Of a DNA stretch of 64,000 nucleotides, positions 37,301 to 46,679 are shown piece after piece. The stretch spans positions 24,182 through 88,181 of the forward strand of contig MEPB01000006.1 of assembly GCA_001769385.1 (NCBI GenBank), in the 5' to 3' direction. The stretch comes from Bacteroidetes bacterium RIFCSPLOWO2_12_FULL_35_15 (GTDB lineage Bacteria > Bacteroidota > Bacteroidia > 2-12-FULL-35-15). Numbering within the stretch: position 1 is the first letter of the stretch; each line of letters begins with the position of its first letter. Made by a program: the position numbers and the translations under genes. A model generated the notes under the pieces. It was not told the origin of the DNA, did not search any database, and worked only from the letters and a program-made list of their open reading frames with translations.

Positions 37301-40300
37301 AGTAGACTTTTCGATTGATAAATTATTATAGATAACAGGTGCTACAATTTGCCTTTCTGTTCCCGAATAAATAACAGTACCCGACCCTGCCGTAAAGCTT
37401 CCTGAAGTATAGTTGTAAGCTCCATTTATTGTAAGTGTCCCGTTTCCTGTAAAATTAATCGAACCGGTCGCACTTTGGTTTAGATCATTATTAATCATAA
37501 CAGAGCCGTTTCCAATTTTCAATTGAATATCATGGCCATTCGTTCCATCACTTAAATTAATGTTTGTTCCTATTATTAATGCATTTGAGGAGACATCAAT
37601 CACATGCGATGCAGGATCAATCCAATTTCCATTCACAGCTCCAAGAATGCTCAGTGAACCACTGATTAAGGTAAGTGTGCTTGCCTGTATACTTCCATAT
37701 TGCAAAACACTAACTGTTCTGGTTGAGCTAATTGTCGGATTATAGATAAAGCCCGTTTGCCCTATTTGTGCCTCATCCGTTGACGTTGGAATTCTGTTTG
37801 CCATTGATTCTCCTGAAATGGTAGTCCAGTTTGCGGCATTTTCCCATGCTGAACTTACAGAACCATTCCAACGGACAACATTTTTTATCCCGGCCAATGT
37901 CCACCTTCCTTCAAGAGCTGAAATTCCGGTTTTTTCTACAAAATTTAAGGCTGTATCTTTTGTAGTATAACCAATACTATCCCAAACATTACTATCCGAA
38001 TTGTAATTAAATTCGTTTAAGTTAGGTTCGTTCACAGCATTCAATTCGTTGTGGTCGTAATGCAGACGCAATGTGGAGGAGCTGAAAGTCCCTGCAGGTA
38101 TTGTAATGTTATATTCCCGGTTAAGACATTCTTGTCCGACATTAAAGTCGGGTACATTTGCAAGAGTTACAACCTCTGTAACAGAAGTCAGAGATACTGA
38201 TGGGTTGATGAATGTAATTGCATTTTGTGCACTTTCAAAATAATAAGCAGTGCCGTCAATAAAAGTATGATTGTGAGTGATTGTACCAATAATAATACCT
38301 GCACCAATGCGTGTGTCTGTAATTGTTACCGCATTAGTTCCTGTCTGTATGGTGCCATTCGTTACTGTTAAATTTGTAACTGTAATATTATTTGACAGTG
38401 TCAAATTAATGAATAAGCTATTTTTATTTACGATAAGATTATTAAATTCGGTTGCTCCCGCTATCGTTGCCGAATTGCCTCCTAACAATTGAATGGTTGA
38501 TGTTCCATCAGTAAAAGTTCCGCTGTTTGTAAAATGGCGATATATGGTATGTGTGAAAGAGGAAGCATCGAATGTCACACCGAAATTAATTGTAAAGTCA
38601 TTGTTAATTATAAGCTCATCAATAGGAGTTTTTATGCCTCCGTTGGAAAGTATAAGGTTGTGATAAGTAGTATTAACAAGTGACTGAGCTGTAGGTGAAT
38701 TATACACCACTGTGTTAGGAATATTTGTAGTTACATTTAATGTCCCGGTTTTAGTGAATACATTAGCAATACATAAAGTTGCATTACTTCCAAGAAGTAC
38801 TGTTTTGGTTGCGTTAATCGTAACATTAAATAAATTTGCTGTTCCCGAAAGAGCTGTAGTTCCATTCATTGTTGTTGTTCCTGCCGTTGCAGTAAAGCTT
38901 CCTGAACTTGCTACAGAAAGATTCGACAATAAAGTATAATTACTTGCTGTTGAAATTGTTCCCAAAATACTTAAAGCAAAAAAAGTAATTGCGCCATTTC
39001 CTGAAATTGTTTTTGTAACACCATTAAAAGTGATTGTTCCTGCACTTGCAGCAAATGAATTATTTACACTAAGGTTCCCGGAAATAGTAATGTTTGATGC
39101 TGTCGTTATGCTGCCTGTAATGATGCAATTATATAATAAAAGACCAGGGCCTGATATTGTTTTTCCTGTTCCCGACATTGTAAGTGAGCCTCCTGTTGAA
39201 TGAATGAAATTTGCGGTAAGGGAGGTACTTATATTCCCGGAGACATTTATGGAAGTATTTCCGGAAGCATTTATTCCTGTGGCTGTGAAAGCAAGATTAT
39301 AGAAATTATTCGTTCCTGTACCACTCAGTACAACATTTGTTCCTGAAAATGTAACTGTGGAAGTGTTTCCATTAAAAGTTCCGGAATTGTTCCAATTGCT
39401 GATGAATTTATGAGTAAATGTCCCTCCATCAAATGTGGATGCAGCATCCAGAACCACGTTCCCGTTTACAGTAATGTTTTGTGCAGCAAAAAATGTAACA
39501 CTTGTACCTGTCCCGACAGTGCTTGTTAAATTTCCTGATATTGTGATTGCCGTGGCAGGCATGGTTTTTACAACAGCTCCTGTAGTGCCGCTAAATGATA
39601 GGTTTCCATAAGCTGCTGCTAAAACAATTTGATTGTTTCCGTAATACTCTACCGTACTGGTAGTGGAAAGGGAAATGGTTGAATAATTGCTTGGGAAAGT
39701 AGTTGTTCCTCCGATTCTAAGTTTAGCGCCAGCAGCAACAATAACTGAACCTCCTGTATTAGTATTGCCTCTGTTAGCAGTGAAAGTTAGTAAATCAAGT
39801 GTCCCGGCATCAATATATATCTTTCCTGAAGAGGAGGAGGAAGAATTTAAAGCAGGTAAATTTCCTGTTAAAGTTTTTGTCATACCCCCGCTAACGTGCA
39901 GATAGCCATATGTTAGGATATTTGTAATGTTTTGGTTTATAACAGAGGATGCGTAGTTTACAGTACTTGTAGCATTTAATGTGATTGTACCTGACAATGA
40001 ATAGTTATTTGTGAAATTTAGTGTTTTGACGAATATGACTCCAGCTGAATTCACCGTTAATGTTGCGTTACCGGACACTAAACAGGAAGCTGTTGGGTCG
40101 AGTGAACCATTGACAGTTAGCATAGTATTGATTGAAATATTGTTTGCTAATGTTACTAAACTTCCCGCATTAATAGCTAATCGTTGAAAAGCCGTTACTC
40201 CGGTAAGGGTTTGTGTTGTTCCCAAAAAAGTCACAACCGCAGTTGCATTGCTTGCAGAGTAGGTGCCTGCATTGTTCCAATTCCCTTTAATTGAAATGGA

Positions 40301-40633
40301 TGTTCCTGCACCTGTATGCAAAATTGTTCCATTGCCACCAATAGTAACATTACCCGAAATAGTAATGTTTTTTGTAACCGTCAATGTGGATACTTTCGTA
40401 CTACTTCCAATAATTAAGGACTTACAATTAACAGGGGTAGTTAATGAAGGTTGAAAAGATCCTGTGAAATTGGCATCCCCAATTATAGCATCAACAGTAG
40501 AATTAGGTATTCCTGCTGTCCAGTTAGAAGGAGAGCTCCAGTTTGTGCTGACAGTACCTTTCCAGGAAGTTTGAGCGGTGATATTACTCATTATCATGAG
40601 TAAAAGCGATATACTATAAATGAACTTTTTCAT
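34382..40633 (-). CDS. Giant secreted repetitive beta-rich surface protein with a T9SS C-terminal sorting domain.
   Basis: N-terminal signal peptide MKKFIYSISLLLMIMSNITAQ, a 2083-aa body made of Gly/Asn/Thr/Ser repeats, and a C-terminal ~80-aa Por/T9SS CTD-like segment (...SGVYMVTATSKNEIIHKRLVVK). Confidence 0.75.
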   Translation of the reverse strand: MKKFIYSISLLLMIMSNITAQTSWKGTVSTNWSSPSNWTAGIPNSTVDAIIGDANFTGSFQPSLTTPVNCKSLIIGSSTKVSTLTVTKNITISGNVTIGGNGTILHTGAGTSISIKGNWNNAGTYSASNATAVVTFLGTTQTLTGVTAFQRLAINAGSLVTLANNISINTMLTVNGSLDPTASCLVSGNATLTVNSAGVIFVKTLNFTNNYSLSGTITLNATSTVNYASSVINQNITNILTYGYLHVSGGMTKTLTGNLPALNSSSSSSGKIYIDAGTLDLLTFTANRGNTNTGGSVIVAAGAKLRIGGTTTFPSNYSTISLSTTSTVEYYGNNQIVLAAAYGNLSFSGTTGAVVKTMPATAITISGNLTSTVGTGTSVTFFAAQNITVNGNVVLDAASTFDGGTFTHKFISNWNNSGTFNGNTSTVTFSGTNVVLSGTGTNNFYNLAFTATGINASGNTSINVSGNISTSLTANFIHSTGGSLTMSGTGKTISGPGLLLYNCIITGSITTASNITISGNLSVNNSFAASAGTITFNGVTKTISGNGAITFFALSILGTISTASNYTLLSNLSVASSGSFTATAGTTTMNGTTALSGTANLFNVTINATKTVLLGSNATLCIANVFTKTGTLNVTTNIPNTVVYNSPTAQSLVNTTYHNLILSNGGIKTPIDELIINNDFTINFGVTFDASSFTHTIYRHFTNSGTFTDGTSTIQLLGGNSATIAGATEFNNLIVNKNSLFINLTLSNNITVTNLTVTNGTIQTGTNAVTITDTRIGAGIIIGTITHNHTFIDGTAYYFESAQNAITFINPSVSLTSVTEVVTLANVPDFNVGQECLNREYNITIPAGTFSSSTLRLHYDHNELNAVNEPNLNEFNYNSDSNVWDSIGYTTKDTALNFVEKTGISALEGRWTLAGIKNVVRWNGSVSSAWENAANWTTISGESMANRIPTSTDEAQIGQTGFIYNPTISSTRTVSVLQYGSIQASTLTLISGSLSILGAVNGNWIDPASHVIDVSSNALIIGTNINLSDGTNGHDIQLKIGNGSVMINNDLNQSATGSINFTGNGTLTINGAYNYTSGSFTAGSGTVIYSGTERQIVAPVIYNNLSIEKSTERAKINFPTVINGNLSTGIGGELAISDTLTVAGNISIGSNTNFIEFGARINLMGSWTNNGTFTTNSGSVNFNGTTDQFVNANTFNILIVNKPSGSLSLSGNLIINSDLLISKGTMDLAMYNANRSNPGGTFMLDSASYLKVGGATNFPTNFITNVMHASSTVEFNGTMHQHILATEFGNLLISNGGSNKKHFHLRTVLIKGDLTINSGATIYCDSNIVTVYGNLTNNGTYSTYKSTLILSGISKTFSGNATLDNLVASGGSYTFLNSNISISGDFFVDTLSSVNWGSSTVSFNGDCTNKGTLFSSGAVTFTGTRVQTLQLINAMTSTSTGVINFNGTVAPILNSNTPPIFATVNINNTAGITASEPWSVYGSFTVGAGATFNGGSLKHTFYGNFTNNGNVISNYKIYFMPQPPFSAEATIRLDDVGGSFLSTGEVEFGGTEPITILDNAPVFNFLEISNTNTTGITPPNSWNLQDVLIGTGSTFNAGTSLSHTIAGNFTNNGVFNGNTSTVTFTGNPVVVDGTGIGNYYNLTIATGADLTYNKPLTIGGNLILNGNLTTTGQVVTFFSSTPATINSTLGSITFDHLEQNKPGSTTTLLIPLTVTGSLTMTDGIINTTSTNILTLTDNATSTAGTNTSFVNGPMKKIGNQAFVFPIGKGSTWARLGIGTPSDATDAFTAQYFDTPYVDFLSMATIPAPVLNNVSIVEYWTCDRNTGTSDVPVQLFWEDAARSFINNYSSDLNVAHWNGSAWENAGQSSITAASPGNITSDVMNSFSPFTFGSRIGLNPLPIKLLTFDAKLNSSKTVDLAWSTASEKNNDYFTIEKSIDAANFESVITIDGAGTSTNTLYYSEVDLNPYAGTSYYRLKQTDYDGNRNYSNIVSIDYKKAGTSVNIFPNPNDGNGFNILLTGNENEEILVVLYDATGQEVYSKIITKTTDQTITAIDPLTRLSSGVYMVTATSKNEIIHKRLVVK

Positions 40634-40979
40634 AGAAAATCAGGTTTAAAGTTTGTTCCTTTTTTCAAAAAACGTTGTAGGATTTTTTGTGATCAGAGTT
40701 ATATTTTCGGTGTAAAATCCTATGTAAAATTGATAAGGATTGCACTGAAATTATTTACGAAAAAACTCTTTTTCTTACATCTGTAACTATTAAATGATTG
40801 TTTTTGTTAGAATTTATGACGAGGGTTATGATTTGATATAAAACGATTTGAGATTGACATTTTAGTGTGCATTCATGAGTTCTTGATTTTAGTATTTAAT
40901 GGTTAAAAGAATCTGGTAAATTATTTTAAAATCTTCTTGTCATATATTTTCAGTAATTTGTACAACCAAACTAAAACCA

Positions 40980-41924
40980 ATGAACCCATACGCAATAGCA
41001 ATACATGGTGGTGCAGGCACCATTCTTCGCTCAACGATGACCCCTGAAAAAGAAGCCAATTATAAAAATGGATTAGAAGAAGCGATTAATTCTGCTGAGA
41101 CAATATTAAAAAAAGGTGGAACTTCTATTGATGCTGTGGAGGCTGCAATTAAAACATTAGAGGACAATCCTCTTTTCAATGCCGGCAAGGGCGCTGTATT
41201 TACGAATGAAGGGAAAAACGAGATGGATGCTTCCATCATGAATGGAAAAGATCTGATGGCTGGTGCTGTTTCCGGAGTAAGTAATATAAAAAACCCAATT
41301 AGCTTATCGAGGGTGGTAATGGAAAGATCGGAGCATGTTTTCTTATCCGGAAAGGGAGCTATGGATTTCGCAAAAAAAAATAATTTTGAATTTTTGCCTG
41401 ATGAGTACTTTTTTGTTCAGATGCGTTACGATCAGCTACAACAAGCTAAAGAAACCGATAGCATTGTTTTAGATCATTCTGAAAATAAATTTGAAAATGG
41501 TGAAAAAAAATTCGGAACAGTTGGTGCTGTTGCTTTAGATATTCATGGAAACATTGCCGCAGGAACAAGCACCGGAGGTATGACAAATAAAAAGAATGGA
41601 CGTGTTGGCGATACTCCTGTCATTGGTGCCGGTACCTATGCAAATAATAAAACCTGTGCTGTTTCTTGCACCGGGCACGGTGAGTTTTTTATCCGTTCCG
41701 TTGTAGCGTATGATATATCCTGCTTAATGGAATATAAAGGTTTAACATTAAAACAAGCCTGCGATTATGTGGTGAATGACAAATTAGTTAAAATTGGTGG
41801 CGAAGGTGGACTTATCGCGCTTGATGCAAAAGGGAATATTGAATTGCCATTTAATTCAGAAGGAATGTACCGCGCCATGAAAAGATCAGATGGGGATATT
41901 TATATTGGAATTTACAGGGAGTAA
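40980..41924 (+). CDS. iaaA: Isoaspartyl peptidase/L-asparaginase (Ntn hydrolase, plant type).
   Basis: IAIHGGAGTI and the autoproteolytic site GTVGAVALD. Confidence 0.85.
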   Translation: MNPYAIAIHGGAGTILRSTMTPEKEANYKNGLEEAINSAETILKKGGTSIDAVEAAIKTLEDNPLFNAGKGAVFTNEGKNEMDASIMNGKDLMAGAVSGVSNIKNPISLSRVVMERSEHVFLSGKGAMDFAKKNNFEFLPDEYFFVQMRYDQLQQAKETDSIVLDHSENKFENGEKKFGTVGAVALDIHGNIAAGTSTGGMTNKKNGRVGDTPVIGAGTYANNKTCAVSCTGHGEFFIRSVVAYDISCLMEYKGLTLKQACDYVVNDKLVKIGGEGGLIALDAKGNIELPFNSEGMYRAMKRSDGDIYIGIYRE

Positions 41925-41960
41925 TCTATATTTAAGTAAAACCGGCAGTGTTAATGAAGG

Positions 41961-41984
41961 CAGGATGTATTTCCTGTTTTTTTA
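41961..41984 (+). terminator. Rho-independent terminator after the asparaginase gene.
   Basis: CAGGAtgtattTCCTG followed by TTTTTTT. Confidence 0.55.
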
Positions 41985-42383
41985 TTATTTATAGGAACTA
42001 TCTGATTTATTATAAAAAATGGTTTTAAAAAGTTTTCTTCCTAAACCTGTTTTATAAAAGATTGTATTTATATATTTTGTTATTTTTATTGCAGAACAAA
42101 TTTTTTTAAATGCCTTTATTCTATTGAGGTATTTCCCTTCATTTACATCACTTCACAATCTATTTTATACCTCGCCTTTTTAGGTTTTTTAATCCGGTAA
42201 AAATACTTTGCCCGGAATTTCAAAAGCATGATTTTGCGCATGTTTTTAAAAAAAAGAATTATTGATATTTGAACAATTCGAGTTTTATTAAAAAGTGTAG
42301 TTTCAATAATTTTGTTTATCTTTTTTGAATAGATTTAATAAACAAATTATTAGTATTCAATTATTCTGAATTTTTAAATATAA

Positions 42384-44075
42384 ATGGAAAAACTTTTACA
42401 TAAATCGGAAATAGAACTCGGAAATTTTGCTGTTTCAATTTTAAATAAACCATTCACAGGTCCTGATGGAGTTATCCATTCGAATACTGCCCAAGTGGAT
42501 TTCTTTGATAGTAGAGGAAAAAAAATTAATGTAGTCGAATATGGTTATAAAACCAGGGAAGAGATTTTCAAGTTAATTGATTCTCAAAATCTCAATCTTA
42601 ATTATTGTTATGTAAATAATTTTTCCCTGCCGGAATATCGTAAAATCAGTCACCTTCCGGCCAATGAGCCGATTCCCTTTTTAACATTTTCAGCAAAAAA
42701 TAGTTTTTTTGATTGTGATCACACAACAGATTTTTCTTTTGCTGTATTTCAAGCCGCTAAAATAAGTTTTGAATCAACAATTTTTGGCGATGGATTTGTA
42801 AATTTTACCGGAGTAAAGTTTGCTGATTCAACTGTAAGTTTCAGACGTACCCGTTTTGGGGATGGGACCATTGATTTCCGTTTTGCGGAGTTTGGTGAAG
42901 GAAATCTTAGCTTTCATTATTCACATTTTGGTCTTGGTGATGTTTCATTCGTAAATACAAATTTTGGCGACAGCAATGTCGATTTTCAATCTACCACGTT
43001 TGGCGATGGCAATATTGATTTTAAGTACGCGAAGTTTGGGAAAGGTGATATTTCTTTTGAAAAAACAATTTTCGGGAATGGAAAAAAAGATTTTAAAGCT
43101 GTTGAATTTGGCGAGGGAAAAGTGGACTTTAAAAGAGTTCAATTTGGCAATGGTGATATTTCATTCGAAGGCGCAGAGTTTGGTGCAGGCAAAATTAGTT
43201 TTAGGCTTTCAACTTTCGGCAAAGGTCATATTAGTTTTGAAATGGCTGACTTTAGAAAGACGGAGGTGTCTTTTGAAAAAGTGGAGTTTGCTTCTGGCCG
43301 GGTAACTTTTCGGGATGCTAAAGTAGATCAGATCACATTTAAGGCAAGTCAACTGGATGCCTATTTTGATTTTAAATTTTCTCAATGTAACTATCTCGAT
43401 CTTACCGAAACTATTATAAGAGATGTTATCGATTTTCTTTCTGATGATGTGAAAACAAACATTAAACTCCTGAATTTTTCGGGAATGAAAAATTTCGGGA
43501 GAATAATTATTGACTGGAAAGATAACGATGTTAAGGCAATTATCTATAATCAAAAAGAAACTTCTTTTCGTCAAAAAGCTAACCAGTTTAGAGTTTTGAA
43601 AGAAGAGTTCCATAGTGCAGGAAAATACAATGATGAGGATAGAGCGTATGTCGAATTTAAACGTTGTGAACAAAAAGCTCATTTAGAAGTGGACTTGAAG
43701 GAACACCCTTTGAATTTTCTTTGGGCCTACCCATCCTATTTTTTTAAGTGGTTAATATTTGATAAAATGGGCAAATATGCAACAAACCCGATGCGTGTGA
43801 TTCTTAGTGTGCTAATTGTTTACTCTGTTTATGGTCTTTTATATTTTGTTATGCCTATGTTTTGTGACGCTTCTCTTGAATCGTCATACCAATTAAAAGA
43901 TGCACATTCTATTGGTGTGGCATTCTACTATAGTGCCGTTACCTTTTTTACCATTGGATTTGGGGATTATTATCCGATGGGATATTTAAGAGTTTTAGCT
44001 GCTACCGAAGGTTTTTCCGGAGTCTTTTTGATGTCCTATTTTACGGTTGCCTTTGTTAGGAAAATTTTAAGATAA
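42384..44075 (+). CDS. Pentapeptide-repeat protein fused to a K+-channel-like pore domain.
   Basis: Many A(D/N)FxG-type repeats (e.g. TIFGDGFVNF, TRFGDGTIDF, TNFGDSNVDF), then C-terminal TM helices containing TIGFGDYYP. Confidence 0.55.
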   Translation: MEKLLHKSEIELGNFAVSILNKPFTGPDGVIHSNTAQVDFFDSRGKKINVVEYGYKTREEIFKLIDSQNLNLNYCYVNNFSLPEYRKISHLPANEPIPFLTFSAKNSFFDCDHTTDFSFAVFQAAKISFESTIFGDGFVNFTGVKFADSTVSFRRTRFGDGTIDFRFAEFGEGNLSFHYSHFGLGDVSFVNTNFGDSNVDFQSTTFGDGNIDFKYAKFGKGDISFEKTIFGNGKKDFKAVEFGEGKVDFKRVQFGNGDISFEGAEFGAGKISFRLSTFGKGHISFEMADFRKTEVSFEKVEFASGRVTFRDAKVDQITFKASQLDAYFDFKFSQCNYLDLTETIIRDVIDFLSDDVKTNIKLLNFSGMKNFGRIIIDWKDNDVKAIIYNQKETSFRQKANQFRVLKEEFHSAGKYNDEDRAYVEFKRCEQKAHLEVDLKEHPLNFLWAYPSYFFKWLIFDKMGKYATNPMRVILSVLIVYSVYGLLYFVMPMFCDASLESSYQLKDAHSIGVAFYYSAVTFFTIGFGDYYPMGYLRVLAATEGFSGVFLMSYFTVAFVRKILR

Positions 44076-44111
44076 ATTTTAATAAATAAAATAATTTGAT
44101 AAATTAATTAA

Positions 44112-46259
44112 ATGCGCTACAAACTAGGAATTGATATTGGCGGTACGTTCACAGATCTAATTTTAGTCTCTGATGAAGGAACAACCACCATCCACAAAAC
44201 ACTTTCTACCCCTCTTGATCCCTCTATTGGATTTATTAATGGTATCAGCGAACTGGCTGAAATGATAAAGTTGCCTTTCGGGAAATTTATTAATTCCATT
44301 GATACCATTGTTCATGGAACCACAGTAGCAACTAATGCTTTGCTTACTTTAAGAGGAGCAAAAACAGCACTTGTTACCACCAAAGGTTTTCGTGATGCAT
44401 TGGAAATGAGAAGAGGAATTCGTGAAGAACAATATAATAATCATTATAAAAATGTAACACCGCTTGCGCCTCGCTATTTACGATTTACTATTGATGAACG
44501 TATTGATGCCGAAGGAAAAGTGTTGAATAAATTTGATGAAAAAGAACTTCTCTCCATCATTAAAAAAATAAAAGAAGAAAAGGTAGAGTCTGTTGCCATT
44601 TGTTTTTTGAATTCATTTAAAAATGATATCCATGAACGTAAAGCAGTCAGGTTTTTAAGAAAAGCATTGCCAGGAATCTTTGTAACTGCTTCATTCGAAG
44701 TATTGCCATCCATTCGTTTTTATGAGCGTGTGAGTACAACTGTTGTTAGCGCATTTGTTGGACCGATCGTTGCAAATTATTTTGATAAACTTACACAAAA
44801 GTTAAAAGGCATTGATTTCAAAGGACAATTACTGATCATGCAATCAAACGGTGGAGTGGTAACACCGGATGTTGTGAAGAAAACACCAGCAGTTACTGTT
44901 CTTTCAGGACCTGCAGCAGCACCAACCGCAGGAGCATTTTATTCTGCTTTGTTAGGATATAAAAATTGCATCACGGTGGATATGGGTGGGACGAGCTTTG
45001 ATGCTGCTCTGGTAATTGAAAACCAAAGTGTAACCAGTACCGAAGGAAGTATTAATCGCTATCGCATTGCATTGCCATCATTGGATATTATTACAATTGG
45101 TGCCGGTGGAGGAAGTATTGGCTGGATAGATAGTGGAGGTCTTTTACAAATGGGACCTCAAAGTGCTGGCGCATTGCCTGGTCCGGCTTGTTACGATAGA
45201 GGAGGGGAACTTCCTTCCTGTACAGATGCTGATCTGGTTCTTGGATACCTGAATCCTGATTTTTTTGCGGGAGGGAAATTAAAATTAGATAAAGCAAAAG
45301 CTGTAAAAGCGATCAAAGAGGAACTTGCTGCTAAACTTGGTTTAACGGTTGAAGAAGCTGCCGCAGGAATGTATCGTATCATCAATAGCAACATGGCGCA
45401 AGGTGTTCGTCAGGTTTCAGTAGAGAGAGGTTATGATCCACGCGAATTCTTGTTTATTGTTGCCGGTGGTGCAGGATCCATACATTCTTCTGAAATATGT
45501 AAAGAATTAGAAATCTCCATGTTCCTTGTTCCGAATGTGTCTTCTATTTTTTGTGCAGCAGGGATGTTGCTGGGTGATCTGAAACATGATTATATCCGTT
45601 CGTATTTCACTTCTTTCAATAATATTAATAAAAATAAATTCCTTACACTATTTAATGAAATGAAAGAAGAGGGTATGAAAACATTGATTGAAGAAGGAAT
45701 TAAAAAGAATAAGATCGAGTTTTATCCTGTGTTGGATATGCGTTATCTGGGGCAATATCACGAAGTGCAATTACAAGCTGATTGGAAAGATGTTACCAAC
45801 TTTAAATTGGATAATATTTTTGAAACGTTCCATAAAGAACATAACCGGCAGTTTGGTTATTCCTTGAAAGAGGAAGGAACTGAAATGGAACTTATCAATG
45901 TGAGATTGAGAGTGATCGGACAAAATGAAAAACCAAAATTTTTATCGGGAAATAATAATTCTGTTTCTGCAGAATCTGCGATCAAAGAAAATCGTGATGT
46001 GTATATTCCTGAGTTGAATAAATACAAAAAAATTCCTGTTTATGATGGTGATAAAGCTATATATGGTGCACAAATAAAAGGTCCTTGCATCATTGAAAAA
46101 ATTACCACTTCAATTTTTGTTAGTGAGAATTACGATTGTATTGTAGATAATTTTGGATCGATCATCGTGTATGAAAAGGGAATGATTACAGAGATTTCTA
46201 AGAAGATTTCAACGATTAAATTGAATAAAACAGAAAAAGAATCAGCAATTAAAAATTAA
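44112..46259 (+). CDS. hyuA: Hydantoinase/oxoprolinase family protein, A subunit.
   Basis: N-terminal MRYKLGIDIGGTFTDL; 715 aa. Confidence 0.85.
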   Translation: MRYKLGIDIGGTFTDLILVSDEGTTTIHKTLSTPLDPSIGFINGISELAEMIKLPFGKFINSIDTIVHGTTVATNALLTLRGAKTALVTTKGFRDALEMRRGIREEQYNNHYKNVTPLAPRYLRFTIDERIDAEGKVLNKFDEKELLSIIKKIKEEKVESVAICFLNSFKNDIHERKAVRFLRKALPGIFVTASFEVLPSIRFYERVSTTVVSAFVGPIVANYFDKLTQKLKGIDFKGQLLIMQSNGGVVTPDVVKKTPAVTVLSGPAAAPTAGAFYSALLGYKNCITVDMGGTSFDAALVIENQSVTSTEGSINRYRIALPSLDIITIGAGGGSIGWIDSGGLLQMGPQSAGALPGPACYDRGGELPSCTDADLVLGYLNPDFFAGGKLKLDKAKAVKAIKEELAAKLGLTVEEAAAGMYRIINSNMAQGVRQVSVERGYDPREFLFIVAGGAGSIHSSEICKELEISMFLVPNVSSIFCAAGMLLGDLKHDYIRSYFTSFNNINKNKFLTLFNEMKEEGMKTLIEEGIKKNKIEFYPVLDMRYLGQYHEVQLQADWKDVTNFKLDNIFETFHKEHNRQFGYSLKEEGTEMELINVRLRVIGQNEKPKFLSGNNNSVSAESAIKENRDVYIPELNKYKKIPVYDGDKAIYGAQIKGPCIIEKITTSIFVSENYDCIVDNFGSIIVYEKGMITEISKKISTIKLNKTEKESAIKN

Positions 46260-46649
46260 TGAATAAGGAAGATAGAGATCCATTGACAGAAAAAATTATT
46301 GCTTGTGCCTTTCAAGTGCATAATGAGATTGGCCCAGGCTTTCTTGAAAAAATATATCATAAGGCCATGATTCTTTTTTTTAAAATTGATGGATTAGATG
46401 TTGAAACAGAAAAGTAATTTAATGTGATATTTTAAAATGAAAATGTTGGAAAATTTCGTTGTGATTTGGTTGTGGAAAATAAAGTAAATAGTGGAGTTCA
46501 AAGCAGTATCAGGATATCTTCCTGTTTTGTTTGAGCATCAGGTTCTTTCTTATCTAAAAGCATCAGGAAAAAGTACAGGCTTAATTATAAATTTTGGAAA
46601 TAAAAGTTGTGAAATAAGAAGATTAATATCAAACCAAAAATCGATGTAA
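46259..46649 (+). pseudogene. Frameshifted GxxExxY-family gene remnant.
   Basis: Frame 1 gives MNKEDRDPLTEKIIACAFQVHNEIGPGFLEKIYHKAMI...ETEK*. Other frames downstream encode GKFRCDLVVENKV... and ...SYLKASGKSTGLIINFGNKSCEIRRLISNQ. It is collinear with the intact paralogue at 49026 but is broken by stops and frameshifts. Confidence 0.55.
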
Positions 46650-46679
46650 TCTTTCTTTAATCTTGTAATCTTATTTAAT

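Noticed and set aside
34382-40633. Many 60-125-aa ORFs on the plus strand inside the 2083-aa gene, and similar antisense ORFs within other long genes (e.g. 1064..1414, 28529..28852, 58367..58627)
   Set aside because: They lie wholly inside longer, better-supported ORFs on the opposite strand with no independent signals. Treated as spurious.
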